Shown piece by piece: positions 36,981 through 47,124 of a stretch of 64,000 nucleotides of DNA (position 1 is its first letter; each line of letters starts with the position of its first letter). Below the pieces are notes generated by a model that did not search any database, was not told where the DNA came from, and was given only the letters and a program-made list of their open reading frames with translations. The DNA lies in NCBI GenBank assembly GCA_963828125.1, contig CAWHDP010000001.1, positions 288,001 to 352,000 on the forward strand. Direction: 5' to 3'. This DNA comes from an uncultured Chlamydiae bacterium (GTDB taxonomy: Bacteria; Chlamydiota; Chlamydiia; Chlamydiales; SM23-39). A program made the position numbers and the translations under genes.

Positions 36981-39488
36981 TTAAAACTGCCAAGCGAGTC
37001 CTATATTTAGTTGGTGAGATTGATATTGTATGCCAAATTCGCCCTGGTAAAAGAGGGTACTTGTGGGATAGCAGGCATTTAGCGGATCAAAACTGATTGC
37101 AAGCTGCCCTACTCCTAAATTTTGTGCAGATGATAGCGTTTCTACCGTAAAGGAACCAGGTGAGCCAACGAGGAATCCATTGACTTTGCCTGCATTGAAT
37201 GATTGTGTGTTTACATAACTGATTTTTTCTTGGATGCTAAAATTCCATGATTGAAAAAAGAAGGTTTCATACAAACGCAACCCAGCCTCTGTCCGAAGAA
37301 GCGATCCGTTATAAGCTTTTTGAGCCGCATTAAAGGGGCTGTCTCCCTTTTCTTGATAGCTTTGTTGCCAAGCGTTGGCCCAATCGAGCATGGCAAAGGG
37401 ATTGAGACAAAAATTGTTTGTTTTGGATGGATTCATTATGTTCTTTTTGCAACCTAATTCCAGGTGAGGAAGGAATTGCCATCCATTGGGATGTGATGAG
37501 GAGCGAAATGAAAAGCTGGTCATTTTAGTATTTCGTACTTGATCGATTTGGACGCCTCCCCCCATCACAAGGAGATCGACATAAAATTGTTGATTATCCC
37601 ATGAACTGTAGATAAACCCTTCTTCCTGATTAATATTGCTGTGTCCCTGGCCCTCTTTTTCGTGAATATGGGTAAACAGATACGATATCCCTCCTCCCAC
37701 TCGCAACTCCGGCATAATCATGTAATCGAAAGCCAAGATAGCTCCGCCAGTTGTTGGGTTAAACCTGACGGTTTGGTGTTGCGATTTCTGGTACGCCAAA
37801 GCACCGATCGTTTCGAACCAAATCGAAAAGGGATTGCCGAGAAGAGAATGGCTCGGCGGTTTTTGTTGTACGGATAGCGAAGTCAATAGCTCTTGAAAAG
37901 GCAATGTATTTTCAGCAACAGCAGTCGATTTTTTTTGTTGCCAGAATCTTTCCGATTGTTGATTTCTGATGTGATTTGCAAAGCTCGTCGTCAGATTGAA
38001 TAAGTTGTAGCTTGCGGCGTAGATCGATATCCCATTGCGCGTGGGAGCTGCGCTTTGCAGCGCTCCGTTCAGCGTTCCATCCAAGGTTGCAGGAATGAAA
38101 TAAAACGCATCCTCAGAAGAAAATTCGTTAATATAATTGGCAAAAATTAAATTATTGCCAGATAAAGAGGCGGTGGGAATTTGTGTTAATAGACTAGGTA
38201 GCAATGCTACGGTATTGATCCACCCGTTGATTGTGATACCTCCTGTGAGTGTAAGAGGGGTCACCATGCCGTAAGAAGAGACAAGCGCTGCGTAACCAGG
38301 TTGAGATCCGGTTAGATTCCACCCTCCGATAAGACCATTTCCTTCATCATTGATTGCAACGCTATAGATAATTCCATTATTATCCATATCGCTTCCTAGG
38401 ACAAGCGGGGTTACAGTTCCGGAAGTGGAGATGAGCGCTGCGTAGGCAGGCTGAGATCCGGTCAGATCCTGTCCTCCGATGATCCCCATTCCAGTGGAGT
38501 TAATCGCAACAGAATTGATGATGCCATTCGTAGCCACACCTCCTATCAAGGTGAGAGGGTTCACAGTGCCGGAAGCGGAGACGAGCGCCGCATAGGCAGG
38601 CTGAGAGCCTGTTAGATCTTGCCCCCCAATAATCCCATTTCCAGACAAATTGATCGCTACAGAAAAAATCTCTCCAGTCGTAGATATACCTCCTGCTAGA
38701 TCGAGCAGGTTCACAGTTCCGGAAGGTGAGACGAGCGCCGCATAGCCAGGCTGAGATCCGGTTGAGTCCCGCCCTCCGATCATCCCGTTTCCAGAGGAAT
38801 TAATCGCTACAGAGAGGATCGTTCCATTCGTAGCTACACCTCCTGTTAATGTTAGAGGAGTCAATGTGCCTGAAGGAGAGACGGATGCTGCGTAGGCGGG
38901 CTGCGCGCCGTAGTAACTCTGTCCTCCGATGAGGCCGTTTCCAGAATCGTTGATTGAAACGCTATTAATCACTCCACCCGATGCTATTGGTTCTGAAAAT
39001 GCCAGAGGCACAAGAGGATTTCCTAAAGGAGGAACCAGCGCTGCATAGATGGGTCCAGTAGTGTCTCGCCCACCGATAATTCCGTTTCCAGTGGAATTGA
39101 TCGCAGCGCTGTAGATGATTCCATGGGTCGCTGGCGGTCCGGTAATGATAAGAGGCGTAATCTCCCCTGAAGAAGAGACGAGCGTTGCGTAGGCAGATCC
39201 GGTTTGCCCCTGCCCTCCGATTATACTATTTCCAGAAGAATTCATTGATGCGCTAGAGATGATTCCTCCCATTGCCGCATCTCCTGGTAATGCAAGAGGG
39301 GTGACATCGTCTGAAGAAGAGACGAGCGCTGCGTAGGCAGGCCCAGTTTCGGTTAGATCTATTCCCCCAATAATCGCTGCACTATCCGCAGCAGCATGGG
39401 TGAGTATTATTAGGGACGCTCCTATGGCCCCATAGATTTTCATTCCGTATAGCGAAGATTTTCGTATAGAAGTCAAAAACATAGACAC
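36981..39488 (-). CDS. Autotransporter (Pmp-like barrel) with tandem ~49-aa passenger repeats
   Basis: Repeats of IIGGxDxTGSQPAYAALVSxSGTVxPLxLxGGxATNGxIxSVAINxSG; beta-barrel ending AWQF. Confidence 0.85.
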   Translation of the reverse strand: MSMFLTSIRKSSLYGMKIYGAIGASLIILTHAAADSAAIIGGIDLTETGPAYAALVSSSDDVTPLALPGDAAMGGIISSASMNSSGNSIIGGQGQTGSAYATLVSSSGEITPLIITGPPATHGIIYSAAINSTGNGIIGGRDTTGPIYAALVPPLGNPLVPLAFSEPIASGGVINSVSINDSGNGLIGGQSYYGAQPAYAASVSPSGTLTPLTLTGGVATNGTILSVAINSSGNGMIGGRDSTGSQPGYAALVSPSGTVNLLDLAGGISTTGEIFSVAINLSGNGIIGGQDLTGSQPAYAALVSASGTVNPLTLIGGVATNGIINSVAINSTGMGIIGGQDLTGSQPAYAALISTSGTVTPLVLGSDMDNNGIIYSVAINDEGNGLIGGWNLTGSQPGYAALVSSYGMVTPLTLTGGITINGWINTVALLPSLLTQIPTASLSGNNLIFANYINEFSSEDAFYFIPATLDGTLNGALQSAAPTRNGISIYAASYNLFNLTTSFANHIRNQQSERFWQQKKSTAVAENTLPFQELLTSLSVQQKPPSHSLLGNPFSIWFETIGALAYQKSQHQTVRFNPTTGGAILAFDYMIMPELRVGGGISYLFTHIHEKEGQGHSNINQEEGFIYSSWDNQQFYVDLLVMGGGVQIDQVRNTKMTSFSFRSSSHPNGWQFLPHLELGCKKNIMNPSKTNNFCLNPFAMLDWANAWQQSYQEKGDSPFNAAQKAYNGSLLRTEAGLRLYETFFFQSWNFSIQEKISYVNTQSFNAGKVNGFLVGSPGSFTVETLSSAQNLGVGQLAISFDPLNACYPTSTLFYQGEFGIQYQSHQLNIGLAWQF

Positions 39489-39508
39489 TCATTTGTTGAT
39501 GATCCTAT

Positions 39509-39738
39509 CCGCAACGTGGGGCGCCCAGCGCTGAGAAATGGCCAATCTCCAGTCTAATCCGACTTCCGAAATAATAACAGCTATTGTTTGAACATTCAGG
39601 CCAGGTATTAAGGATGCAAAACTACTTAACATCATCCGGCAATACCTGAGAGCAGAGATGATGCAGAAAGGGGTATTTATCCCGAGAGAAGAGGGTAGCC
39701 CACAAGGAGGCCCTTTATCTCCGTTACTGTCCAATTAT
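39509..39738. pseudogene. Mosaic of IS110-like transposase scrap (minus) and group II RT scrap (plus)
   Basis: IPGLNVQTIAVIISEVGLD on minus; LLNIIRQYLRA...EGSPQGGPLSPLLSN on plus (~39607-39738). Confidence 0.65.
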
Positions 39739-39756
39739 TGGCAGCTTTGACGCTTG

Positions 39757-39866
39757 CCCAAATTCACACTTTTGGGGTGGCCGCAGTATAGCTTCCTCGT
39801 GATTTGCAAAATCTGGCGTGACAGATTGAGCAGATTTTCCGCGGATGTGTGAGAAACGCGGGCTAG
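39757..39866. repeat. Two short dispersed repeat units also present at 63861-63995
   Basis: 39757-39790 and 39814-39866 match the reverse complements of 63861-63894 and 63943-63995 with about 1 mismatch each. Confidence 0.85.
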
Positions 39867-40053
39867 CATGGCCTCAACTCACCCATTATTTGTATGAGCT
39901 GGCAGAGAAGTGCAACGTTTTTTTCGAGATTGCAGAGTAGAGAGGATCTTCGAGAAAGAAAAGCGGCTCCTCCACTCCATTGCCTATATAAAATTTCTTG
40001 CATCTAAATAAATATTTTCCTAACATGGCTGCTTCGCATTTTTCGGGGCAGCT

Positions 40054-41742
40054 ATGTTCTATATTCTGGCGCTTCTTTGTCTTTTCATCCCGCTCTCTTC
40101 GGATGAATTTTCTCTAGCTGTCACCGATGATCCTTTAAGCCGCAAGACTGCGATCAGATCCCCGCCATTCAACCAACAAGTGATCGATTTTAACGCCGTT
40201 GGGAATATTTTGAAGATGCAGATCAACGGCGACGAGATGGTTTACACTTATAGCGACCTCTACCAGCTCACCTCAGAATCGGGGCTGTTTGCTCATCATT
40301 ATGCCTATGATTCTGCCTATAACCGCTTACAGAGGGACGCTGAAATATATGAGATCAACGCCCTCAACCAGATCCCTTCCCATCTGCAGTACGACAAAAA
40401 CGGCAACCCGATCCATCACAACAAAGCCACTTACCTCTACGACGCCCTAGATCGGCTAAAGCGGGTCGAAACCGAAGATTGCATTCAAACCTTTACCTAC
40501 GATTGCCTCCATCGGTATCTTTCAAAAACCGTTATCCAAGAAGGGACCCAAAAGACCACCTACTTCCTCTATGACGGACAAAATGAAATCGGCGGTCTGA
40601 ATGAAGAACAAAAGGTCACAGAGCTCAGGATTCTCGGAGAGGCCCCCCACGCAGAGATCGGTGCCGCCATCGCCATTGAACTAAACGGCATAGTCCACAC
40701 CCCCATCCACGATCTGCAAGGAAACCTCGCACTCCTCACACCCGTAGGCTCGGAACCGACAATCTATCGCTACAGCGCCTTCGGTGACGAGAAGATCTTG
40801 GGCGAAACGGTCAGCCCCTGGCGCTTTTCCTCCAAACGGACCGACAGCCAAACCCACCTCGTGAACTTTGGCAGAAGATACTACATTCCCTCCCTTGGCC
40901 GGTGGCTCACCCCCGATCCAGCAGGCTTCGCCGACGGGATGAATCTCTACGCATATGTTCATAACGATCCCCTCAACCACTTTGATGAATATGGACTGAT
41001 CATGACTGGCTGGGACAACAAAACAGCCCAGCAAATGACCAGACCCCCTTGGGAAGGAGAAAGGGCCTGGAGCGCTATTTCGCATTTTGGGAGAAATCTG
41101 GCCTCCAGAATGACCCACGAGCTGTACGACCAATGTGTAGCGCCGATGCAAAGAGATTTTGACCGTTCAGTCGCGTGGTTTGCGAATCAGACTCGAGATA
41201 CGGAACAAAAAATTTGGGACAACAAGCTGGGTATTGACCGATTTTTTGGAACCAATATAGCCACTGCCGACAGACATTCATCTCGATTGGAATTTGCTCA
41301 AGTCGGTATTCCCTTCGGCCCTGGCGGAGTCATGTCTGCTACGAAAGTAGCAACTGCAGTTAGCAAGATATTTCGCAATGTAGGGGCTCTGAGGCCTGCT
41401 CGGAAGTTAAGCGCAAATATAAATGGAGGTAATACTGCAGCGCCTGATTTCATTTGGAATAAAGTAAAACTACAAAATGGCAAAATTTCTGAAGGTTGGG
41501 TCGAGCTACGTTCAACCTTGAAGCGAATAGAAAAAAACCAAAAATATCCTTATCGAAACGATGGCTCAATTTTGAAAAATAGGGAAAATTTGTTGCCAAA
41601 ACAGAATTTTGGATATTATCGGGAATTTGTGCTGCCGACGCCTGGAGTTAATGGTCCGGGACCCCAGAGAATCATTTTGGGGCGAAATACCGAGATTTAT
41701 TATTCACACAACCATTACCAATCGTTTATGCGGATTAAGTAA
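40054..41742 (+). CDS. Short RHS-repeat protein with C-terminal barnase/RNase Sa-type ribonuclease toxin
   Basis: YD repeats, GRRYYIPSLGRWLTPDP...YAYVHNDPLNHFDEYGL; CT NRENLLP..GYYREF..PTPG...QRII..IYYSHNHYQSF. Confidence 0.9.
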   Translation: MFYILALLCLFIPLSSDEFSLAVTDDPLSRKTAIRSPPFNQQVIDFNAVGNILKMQINGDEMVYTYSDLYQLTSESGLFAHHYAYDSAYNRLQRDAEIYEINALNQIPSHLQYDKNGNPIHHNKATYLYDALDRLKRVETEDCIQTFTYDCLHRYLSKTVIQEGTQKTTYFLYDGQNEIGGLNEEQKVTELRILGEAPHAEIGAAIAIELNGIVHTPIHDLQGNLALLTPVGSEPTIYRYSAFGDEKILGETVSPWRFSSKRTDSQTHLVNFGRRYYIPSLGRWLTPDPAGFADGMNLYAYVHNDPLNHFDEYGLIMTGWDNKTAQQMTRPPWEGERAWSAISHFGRNLASRMTHELYDQCVAPMQRDFDRSVAWFANQTRDTEQKIWDNKLGIDRFFGTNIATADRHSSRLEFAQVGIPFGPGGVMSATKVATAVSKIFRNVGALRPARKLSANINGGNTAAPDFIWNKVKLQNGKISEGWVELRSTLKRIEKNQKYPYRNDGSILKNRENLLPKQNFGYYREFVLPTPGVNGPGPQRIILGRNTEIYYSHNHYQSFMRIK

Positions 41743-41745
41743 AAA

Positions 41746-42132
41746 ATGAGCCATTTTTTTTATTACAAAGAGAATATTGAGTTAACTGATGTTGCTGCCA
41801 GCAAGATTGTTTTAGTCCCTGTCAATCTTTCTAAAAAAAATGATTTGTTCGATTTCTTTTCTGCAGAACTCGAATTTCCGTCCTATTTCGGGAAAAATTG
41901 GGATGCATTTTTTGATTGTCTGTCTGATTTAAATTGGGTTGAAAAAAAAATAATATGGATTATTCATTGTGATGTTCCATTTCAAAATATAAAAAGTGAT
42001 CGAGAGAAATACATAGAAATTCTTTTCGATTTAACACACGAGCGTTGTTCTAATGAAGCTCATGTATTAAAAATTGCTTTTTTAGAAAAATATAAAAATG
42101 AAATTGAAATGTTTTTAATCCATAAACATTAG
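41746..42132 (+). CDS. Barstar-family immunity protein
   Basis: LEFPSYFGKNWDAFFDCLSDLNW. Confidence 0.92.
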   Translation: MSHFFYYKENIELTDVAASKIVLVPVNLSKKNDLFDFFSAELEFPSYFGKNWDAFFDCLSDLNWVEKKIIWIIHCDVPFQNIKSDREKYIEILFDLTHERCSNEAHVLKIAFLEKYKNEIEMFLIHKH

Positions 42133-42164
42133 GTGGGCAGTTGATTGCAGATTCTTTCCGAGAA

Positions 42165-42360
42165 AGGCTCTCCACGCAGAGATCGGCGCCGCCATCGCCA
42201 TTGAACTATACTGCGGCCACCCCCTCATCCACGATCTGCAAGGAAATCTCGCACTCCTCACACCCGTAGGCTCGGAGCCGACCACCTATCGTTACAGCGC
42301 CTTCGGTGAAGAGAAGAGTTTTGGCAAAACGGTCAGCCCCTGGCACTTTTCCTCCAAACG
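42165..42360 (+). pseudogene. Orphan RHS core fragment
   Basis: Degenerate copy of ~40640-40839. Confidence 0.8.
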
Positions 42361-42457
42361 AGTATGAGCCTATCCCTGAACATTGGCGGGCGCATTCCCA
42401 TTTTTTGAATTTTTTTGTAGACAAACACCCTCCCATTTCTGTAAAAGCATATTTGAA

Positions 42458-43330
42458 ATGGACAAGAAGAATAAATTCCCTTTTTTCATTATCATCTCGC
42501 TCTTGGTGATCCTCATCGCAGTCTTGTTTCTGCACGGGAGTGAAAGCGTCGCGGTTCTCCATCCAAAGGGCTGGGTCGGCGTGCAAGAGCGGAACCTGAT
42601 TTTAAAGACTTCATTTATCATGCTGCTGATTGTGATCCCTGTGGTGATTCTCACGATTTATTTCGGTTGGAAGTACCGCGATGGCAATCCCAAAGCGGAG
42701 TACCAGCCTGAGTGGGACAATAGCCACCGTCTTGAGGCGCTTTGGTGGGGCGTCCCTTGCGTGGTCGTCATTGTTTTTGCTGTGTGGACTTGGACGAGCA
42801 GCCATGAACTCGACCCATATAAACCGCTTAAGAGCGATGTGAAGCCGGTCCGAATCCAGGTAATTGCCCTCGATTGGAAGTGGCTCTTCATTTATCCCGA
42901 AGAGCGGATTGCGACGGTGAATTTTATCCAGTTTCCCGAAAATACGCCGCTCAATTTTGAGATCACTTCCGATGCTCCGATGAACTCATTTTGGATTCCG
43001 GAGCTGGGCGGCCAAATTTATGCGATGGCAGGGATGAGGACGAAGCTCCATTTAATCGCCAACCACATCGGCAGCTACAGGGGCGTGTCGGCCAACATCA
43101 GCGGCGAGGGGTTTGCGGGGATGACGTTCGCTGCCAAAGCGAGTACTCAAGAGGAATTCGATGCGTGGATTCAAGAGGTGAGGGGAGCGGGCCAGCCTCT
43201 CAATCAGCAGGTGTACAGCGAACTCATGAAACAAAGTTCCTACAACCCGGTCGCCTATTATGTTTTGGGGGACGACGCCCTTTTTGATCAGGTCATAATG
43301 AAATACATGACGCCAATGGACAAGAGATGA
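42458..43330 (+). CDS. cyoA: Cytochrome bo3 ubiquinol oxidase subunit II
   Basis: LDWKWLFIYP, MNSFWIPELGGQIYAMAGM. Confidence 0.95.
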   Translation: MDKKNKFPFFIIISLLVILIAVLFLHGSESVAVLHPKGWVGVQERNLILKTSFIMLLIVIPVVILTIYFGWKYRDGNPKAEYQPEWDNSHRLEALWWGVPCVVVIVFAVWTWTSSHELDPYKPLKSDVKPVRIQVIALDWKWLFIYPEERIATVNFIQFPENTPLNFEITSDAPMNSFWIPELGGQIYAMAGMRTKLHLIANHIGSYRGVSANISGEGFAGMTFAAKASTQEEFDAWIQEVRGAGQPLNQQVYSELMKQSSYNPVAYYVLGDDALFDQVIMKYMTPMDKR

Positions 43331-45297
43331 TTGAATACAGCGATATTTTTGGAAGGCTCACCCTCGAGGCATTCAAGCGGGATATGATTGAGCTCGGCGC
43401 AGGGATGGGAATGCTGATGCTCGAAATCTTCCTCGCGATATTCATCACGTACAAAAAACGGTGGAAATGGCTTTGGCACGAATGGCTCACTTCTCTCGAT
43501 CCGAAAAAAATCGGGGTGATGTATCTGATCGTGGTCACTCTGAGTCTGCTCAAGGGGATCATCGACGTGGTGATGATGCGGGTTCAGCAGGCCCTCTCTG
43601 TGGGCGATTCGTTTGGCTATTTGGAGACGTCCCATTTTCAGGAAATTTTCACTGCCCATGGGACGACCATGGTCTTTTTCGTCGGCATGGGGGCCCTTTT
43701 CGGCCTAATGAATCTCATTCTCCCCCTTCAAATTGGCGCGCGCGACGTCGCCTATCCATTTCTCAATTCGGTGAGTTTTTGGCTCTTCGCGGTCGGAGCG
43801 GCTCTGATTGTCGTCTCGCTCAACGTCGGTTTCTTTTCGAGCGCAGGCTGGGTCGCCTATCCGCCGCTCTCCGAACTCAAGTATAATCCAGGCGTCGGGA
43901 TCGACTACTGGATTTGGAGCGTCCAGATTTCGGGCGTCGGAACTCTTTTGGGCGGGATCAATCTCCTCGTGACGATTTTCCGGATGCGCTGCCCGGGAAT
44001 GACGCTTATGAAGATGCCTCTTTTTGTCTGGGCCTCGGTGGGCAGCTTGATCTTGGTGGTCCTCGCCTTCCCGATCTTAACGGCAACTATTGGCATGCTC
44101 GCCCTTGACCGGTACATGGGGATGCATTTCTTCACCTCCGATTTCGGGGGGAACGCGATGATGTATGTCAATCTGATCTGGGCTTGGGGGCATCCGGAGG
44201 TCTATATCCTGATCTTACCTGCCTTTGGGATTTTTTCTGAAGTGGTGGCCACTTTCTCCAAAAAAAGAATTTTTGGCTACACCTCGATGGTCTGGGCGAT
44301 TTTCTCCATCACTTTTCTCTCCTTCATTGTCTGGCTTCACCATTTCTTCACAATGGGCGCGGGGGGCAATGTCAACGCTTTTTTCGGCATCATGACTATG
44401 GTCATCGCCGTTCCGACTGGGGTTAAAGTATTCAACTGGCTCTTTACGATGTACCGCGGAAAAGTCACGTTCACCACACCTATGATTTGGTTTATCGGTT
44501 TTGTGATCAACTTCACCATCGGGGGAATGGCTGGCGTATTGCTGGCCGTTCCGCCCGCCGATTTTCAACTTCACAATAGCCTCTTCCTCATTGCCCACTT
44601 CCACTCGATGATCATTCCGGGAGTTCTCTTCGGCGTTTTTGCCGGATTGGGCTACTGGTTTCCCAAAATTTTCGGCTTCAAACTGGATGAAACGCTCGGG
44701 CGGGCGGCTGCTTGGTGCTGGATCGTCGGCTTTTTGCTCGCTTTTATGCCTCTTTATTTGCTCGGACTTAGAGGAGCCACTCGCCGTCTAGACCACTACG
44801 ACGCCTCAACGGGCTGGCAGCCTCTCTTCATCGTCGCAGCTATTGGATCGTTCGTCGTGATCACAGGGCTCATCCTCCAAGTCGTCCAGTTGATCTGGAG
44901 CATCCTTCACCGGCAAAAGCTGATGGATCGGACAGGCGATCCGTGGGACGGACGGACCCTCGAATGGTCCACTCCCTCGCCGCCTCCTTTCTACAATTTT
45001 GCGATGATTCCTCATGTTAGTTCCCACGATTCGTTTTACTACACGAAGCACGATAAGCCCCGTCAACCCGTCTACGAACATTTCGAAATGCCGAAAAATA
45101 CGGGGCTTGGCGTCTATATCGGCGGCTTTAGTTTTCTTTTGGGCTTCGGCCTCGTTTGGCACATCTGGTGGCTTGTTCTCGTAGGGCTTTTAGGCGACAT
45201 CATCTGCGTCATCATCCGGGGCTGCAAAGAGCATGTTGAATATGAACTGACAGTGGCCGAAGTGGAGAAAATCGAACAGGAAATGAGGAAGAGATGA
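43327..45297 (+). CDS. cyoB: Cytochrome bo3 ubiquinol oxidase subunit I
   Basis: WAWGHPEVY, VWLHHFF, AHFH. Confidence 0.97.
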   Translation: MIEYSDIFGRLTLEAFKRDMIELGAGMGMLMLEIFLAIFITYKKRWKWLWHEWLTSLDPKKIGVMYLIVVTLSLLKGIIDVVMMRVQQALSVGDSFGYLETSHFQEIFTAHGTTMVFFVGMGALFGLMNLILPLQIGARDVAYPFLNSVSFWLFAVGAALIVVSLNVGFFSSAGWVAYPPLSELKYNPGVGIDYWIWSVQISGVGTLLGGINLLVTIFRMRCPGMTLMKMPLFVWASVGSLILVVLAFPILTATIGMLALDRYMGMHFFTSDFGGNAMMYVNLIWAWGHPEVYILILPAFGIFSEVVATFSKKRIFGYTSMVWAIFSITFLSFIVWLHHFFTMGAGGNVNAFFGIMTMVIAVPTGVKVFNWLFTMYRGKVTFTTPMIWFIGFVINFTIGGMAGVLLAVPPADFQLHNSLFLIAHFHSMIIPGVLFGVFAGLGYWFPKIFGFKLDETLGRAAAWCWIVGFLLAFMPLYLLGLRGATRRLDHYDASTGWQPLFIVAAIGSFVVITGLILQVVQLIWSILHRQKLMDRTGDPWDGRTLEWSTPSPPPFYNFAMIPHVSSHDSFYYTKHDKPRQPVYEHFEMPKNTGLGVYIGGFSFLLGFGLVWHIWWLVLVGLLGDIICVIIRGCKEHVEYELTVAEVEKIEQEMRKR

Positions 45298-45887
45298 CCC
45301 ATCCGATCACCTATACCCAGAACGAGGCCTATGCCAAAACCCTCTTCGGCTTTTGGCTCTACCTTCTGACCGACTGCATCATGTTCGGGGCGATTTTCAT
45401 CAGCTACGTCGTCTTGCAGAATAACACCTACGGAGGTCCCTCTGCGAAAGAACTTTTCCGCTTGCCGAGTCCTCTTGCCGAATCGATCCTCCTTTTGACG
45501 AGCAGCCTCTTTGCCGGTCTTGCGAGGGTCGAGGCGCTCCGCGATGAAAAATACCGAGCTATGGGCCTTTATGGCCTCGCCTTCCTCTTAGGATTCGTCT
45601 TTTTACTCCTCACCTATCTCGAGAGCGCCTCATTTGCCGCCCGAGGCTATACGTGGGAAATCAGCGCCTTCCTCTCCGGATTTTACACAGTCATTTGGAC
45701 CCATGCCCTCCACGTTATGGCCGGTCTCATCTGGATTCTCATCATCATCGGACAAATCTGGGCCCGCGGCATCACCCCAAATACCTTCCGAAGGCTCTCG
45801 TGTCTCACCCTGTTTTGGCAATTTCTCGCCATGATCTGGGTGTTCACGTTCACAATCGTCTATTTAATGGGCCGAGGAGGCGTATGA
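45294..45887 (+). CDS. cyoC: Cytochrome bo3 oxidase subunit III
   Basis: FGFWLYLLTDC, AFLSGFY..THALHV. Confidence 0.93.
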   Translation: MTHPITYTQNEAYAKTLFGFWLYLLTDCIMFGAIFISYVVLQNNTYGGPSAKELFRLPSPLAESILLLTSSLFAGLARVEALRDEKYRAMGLYGLAFLLGFVFLLLTYLESASFAARGYTWEISAFLSGFYTVIWTHALHVMAGLIWILIIIGQIWARGITPNTFRRLSCLTLFWQFLAMIWVFTFTIVYLMGRGGV

Positions 45888-46222
45888 AAGAACCGCAGCA
45901 CATTCCCCACCAACCGCAATGGGGCGGCCATGTGTCGACCCAATCCTACGCGCTCGGCTATGTCGCCTCCCTCTTCCTCACCCTTGCCGCTTTCCTCATT
46001 GTCGGACAAAAACTCCTCTCTGGCTGGCTTTTGGGAGTTACCCTTTTTGCCCTCGCCCTCGCTCAAAGCTGGATTCAGCTTGCTTATTATTTCCATCTTG
46101 GAAAAGAACCTAAGCCTCGCTGGAATCTCCTTGCCTTCTATTTCATGCTCTTCATCCTCGTTATCGTCGTCATCGGTTCTCTTCTGATCATGAAGAGCCT
46201 CAACTACCGGATGGCCTCTTGA
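45884..46222 (+). CDS. cyoD: Cytochrome bo3 oxidase subunit IV
   Basis: YALGYVASLFLT, QLAYYFHL, GSLLIM. Confidence 0.9.
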   Translation: MKEPQHIPHQPQWGGHVSTQSYALGYVASLFLTLAAFLIVGQKLLSGWLLGVTLFALALAQSWIQLAYYFHLGKEPKPRWNLLAFYFMLFILVIVVIGSLLIMKSLNYRMAS

Positions 46223-47070
46223 ACCTCCGGAGCTACTACCTCCTCACCAAGCCAGGCATCATTCTCGGCAACGCGGTGACCGCGACCGGCGGCTTTGCCC
46301 TCGCCTCCAAAGGCCGCCTCAACCCTTCGCTCTTTTTTTTCACCCTCCTCGGCCTCTCCCTCATCGTCGCCTCCGGCTGTGTCGCCAACAACTACCTCGA
46401 TCGGCATAGCGATCAAAAAATGGCTCGAACCCGCCACCGCCCGCTCGCTACAGGAACCATCCCACCCGTCCATGCCCTCATCGAATCTCTTCTCCTCCTC
46501 CTCTCCGGCGCCCTCCTCCTCTTCCAGACAAACCTCCTCACGACCCTCATCGCCCTCTTCGGATTTCTGGTCTACGTCGCCATTTATACCATCTGGAAAC
46601 ACAAAACCCTCTACGGCACTGCCATCGGCAGCATCGCCGGCGCCATCCCCCCAGTGATCGGCTACTCCGCTGTCACTAACCAACTCGATCTCGCCGCCCT
46701 CCTCCTCTTCCTCATCGTCGTTTTTTGGCAAATGCCTCACTTCTTCGCCATCGCCATGTACCGCTTCGATGACTACGCCGCCGCCTCGATCCCTGTCTTC
46801 CCCGTCGTGAGAGGCATGCACGCCGCCAAAATCCGTATCCTCTCCTACATTGTCGCCTTCACCCTCTCTTCCTCTATGCTGACGCTCTCTGGTTACGTCG
46901 GCTACGCCTATCTCACCGTCGCCTCTCTTCTCGGTCTTGGGTGGCTCTGGCTGGCCCTCCAAGGCTTCAAAAGCACGAACGATACCCTTTGGGCCCGTAA
47001 AATGTTCCTCTCCTCGCTCATCGTCATCATGGCGCTCTCTTTGATGATGTCGGTCGATGGTTTCTATTGA
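46219..47070 (+). CDS. cyoE: Heme O synthase (protoheme IX farnesyltransferase)
   Basis: LTKPGI, NNYLDRHSDQKMARTRHRPL, WQMPHF. Confidence 0.95.
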   Translation: MNLRSYYLLTKPGIILGNAVTATGGFALASKGRLNPSLFFFTLLGLSLIVASGCVANNYLDRHSDQKMARTRHRPLATGTIPPVHALIESLLLLLSGALLLFQTNLLTTLIALFGFLVYVAIYTIWKHKTLYGTAIGSIAGAIPPVIGYSAVTNQLDLAALLLFLIVVFWQMPHFFAIAMYRFDDYAAASIPVFPVVRGMHAAKIRILSYIVAFTLSSSMLTLSGYVGYAYLTVASLLGLGWLWLALQGFKSTNDTLWARKMFLSSLIVIMALSLMMSVDGFY

Positions 47071-47124
47071 ATTAAAATAAGAAGGTAAGATAAAATCCTC
47101 CCATTAGGGATAGTTGGGAATGGT

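Noticed and set aside
46204..46962. 252-aa acidic ORF on the minus strand and other overlapping ORFs in the cyo operon
   Set aside because: Antisense or out-of-frame shadows of well-supported cyo genes
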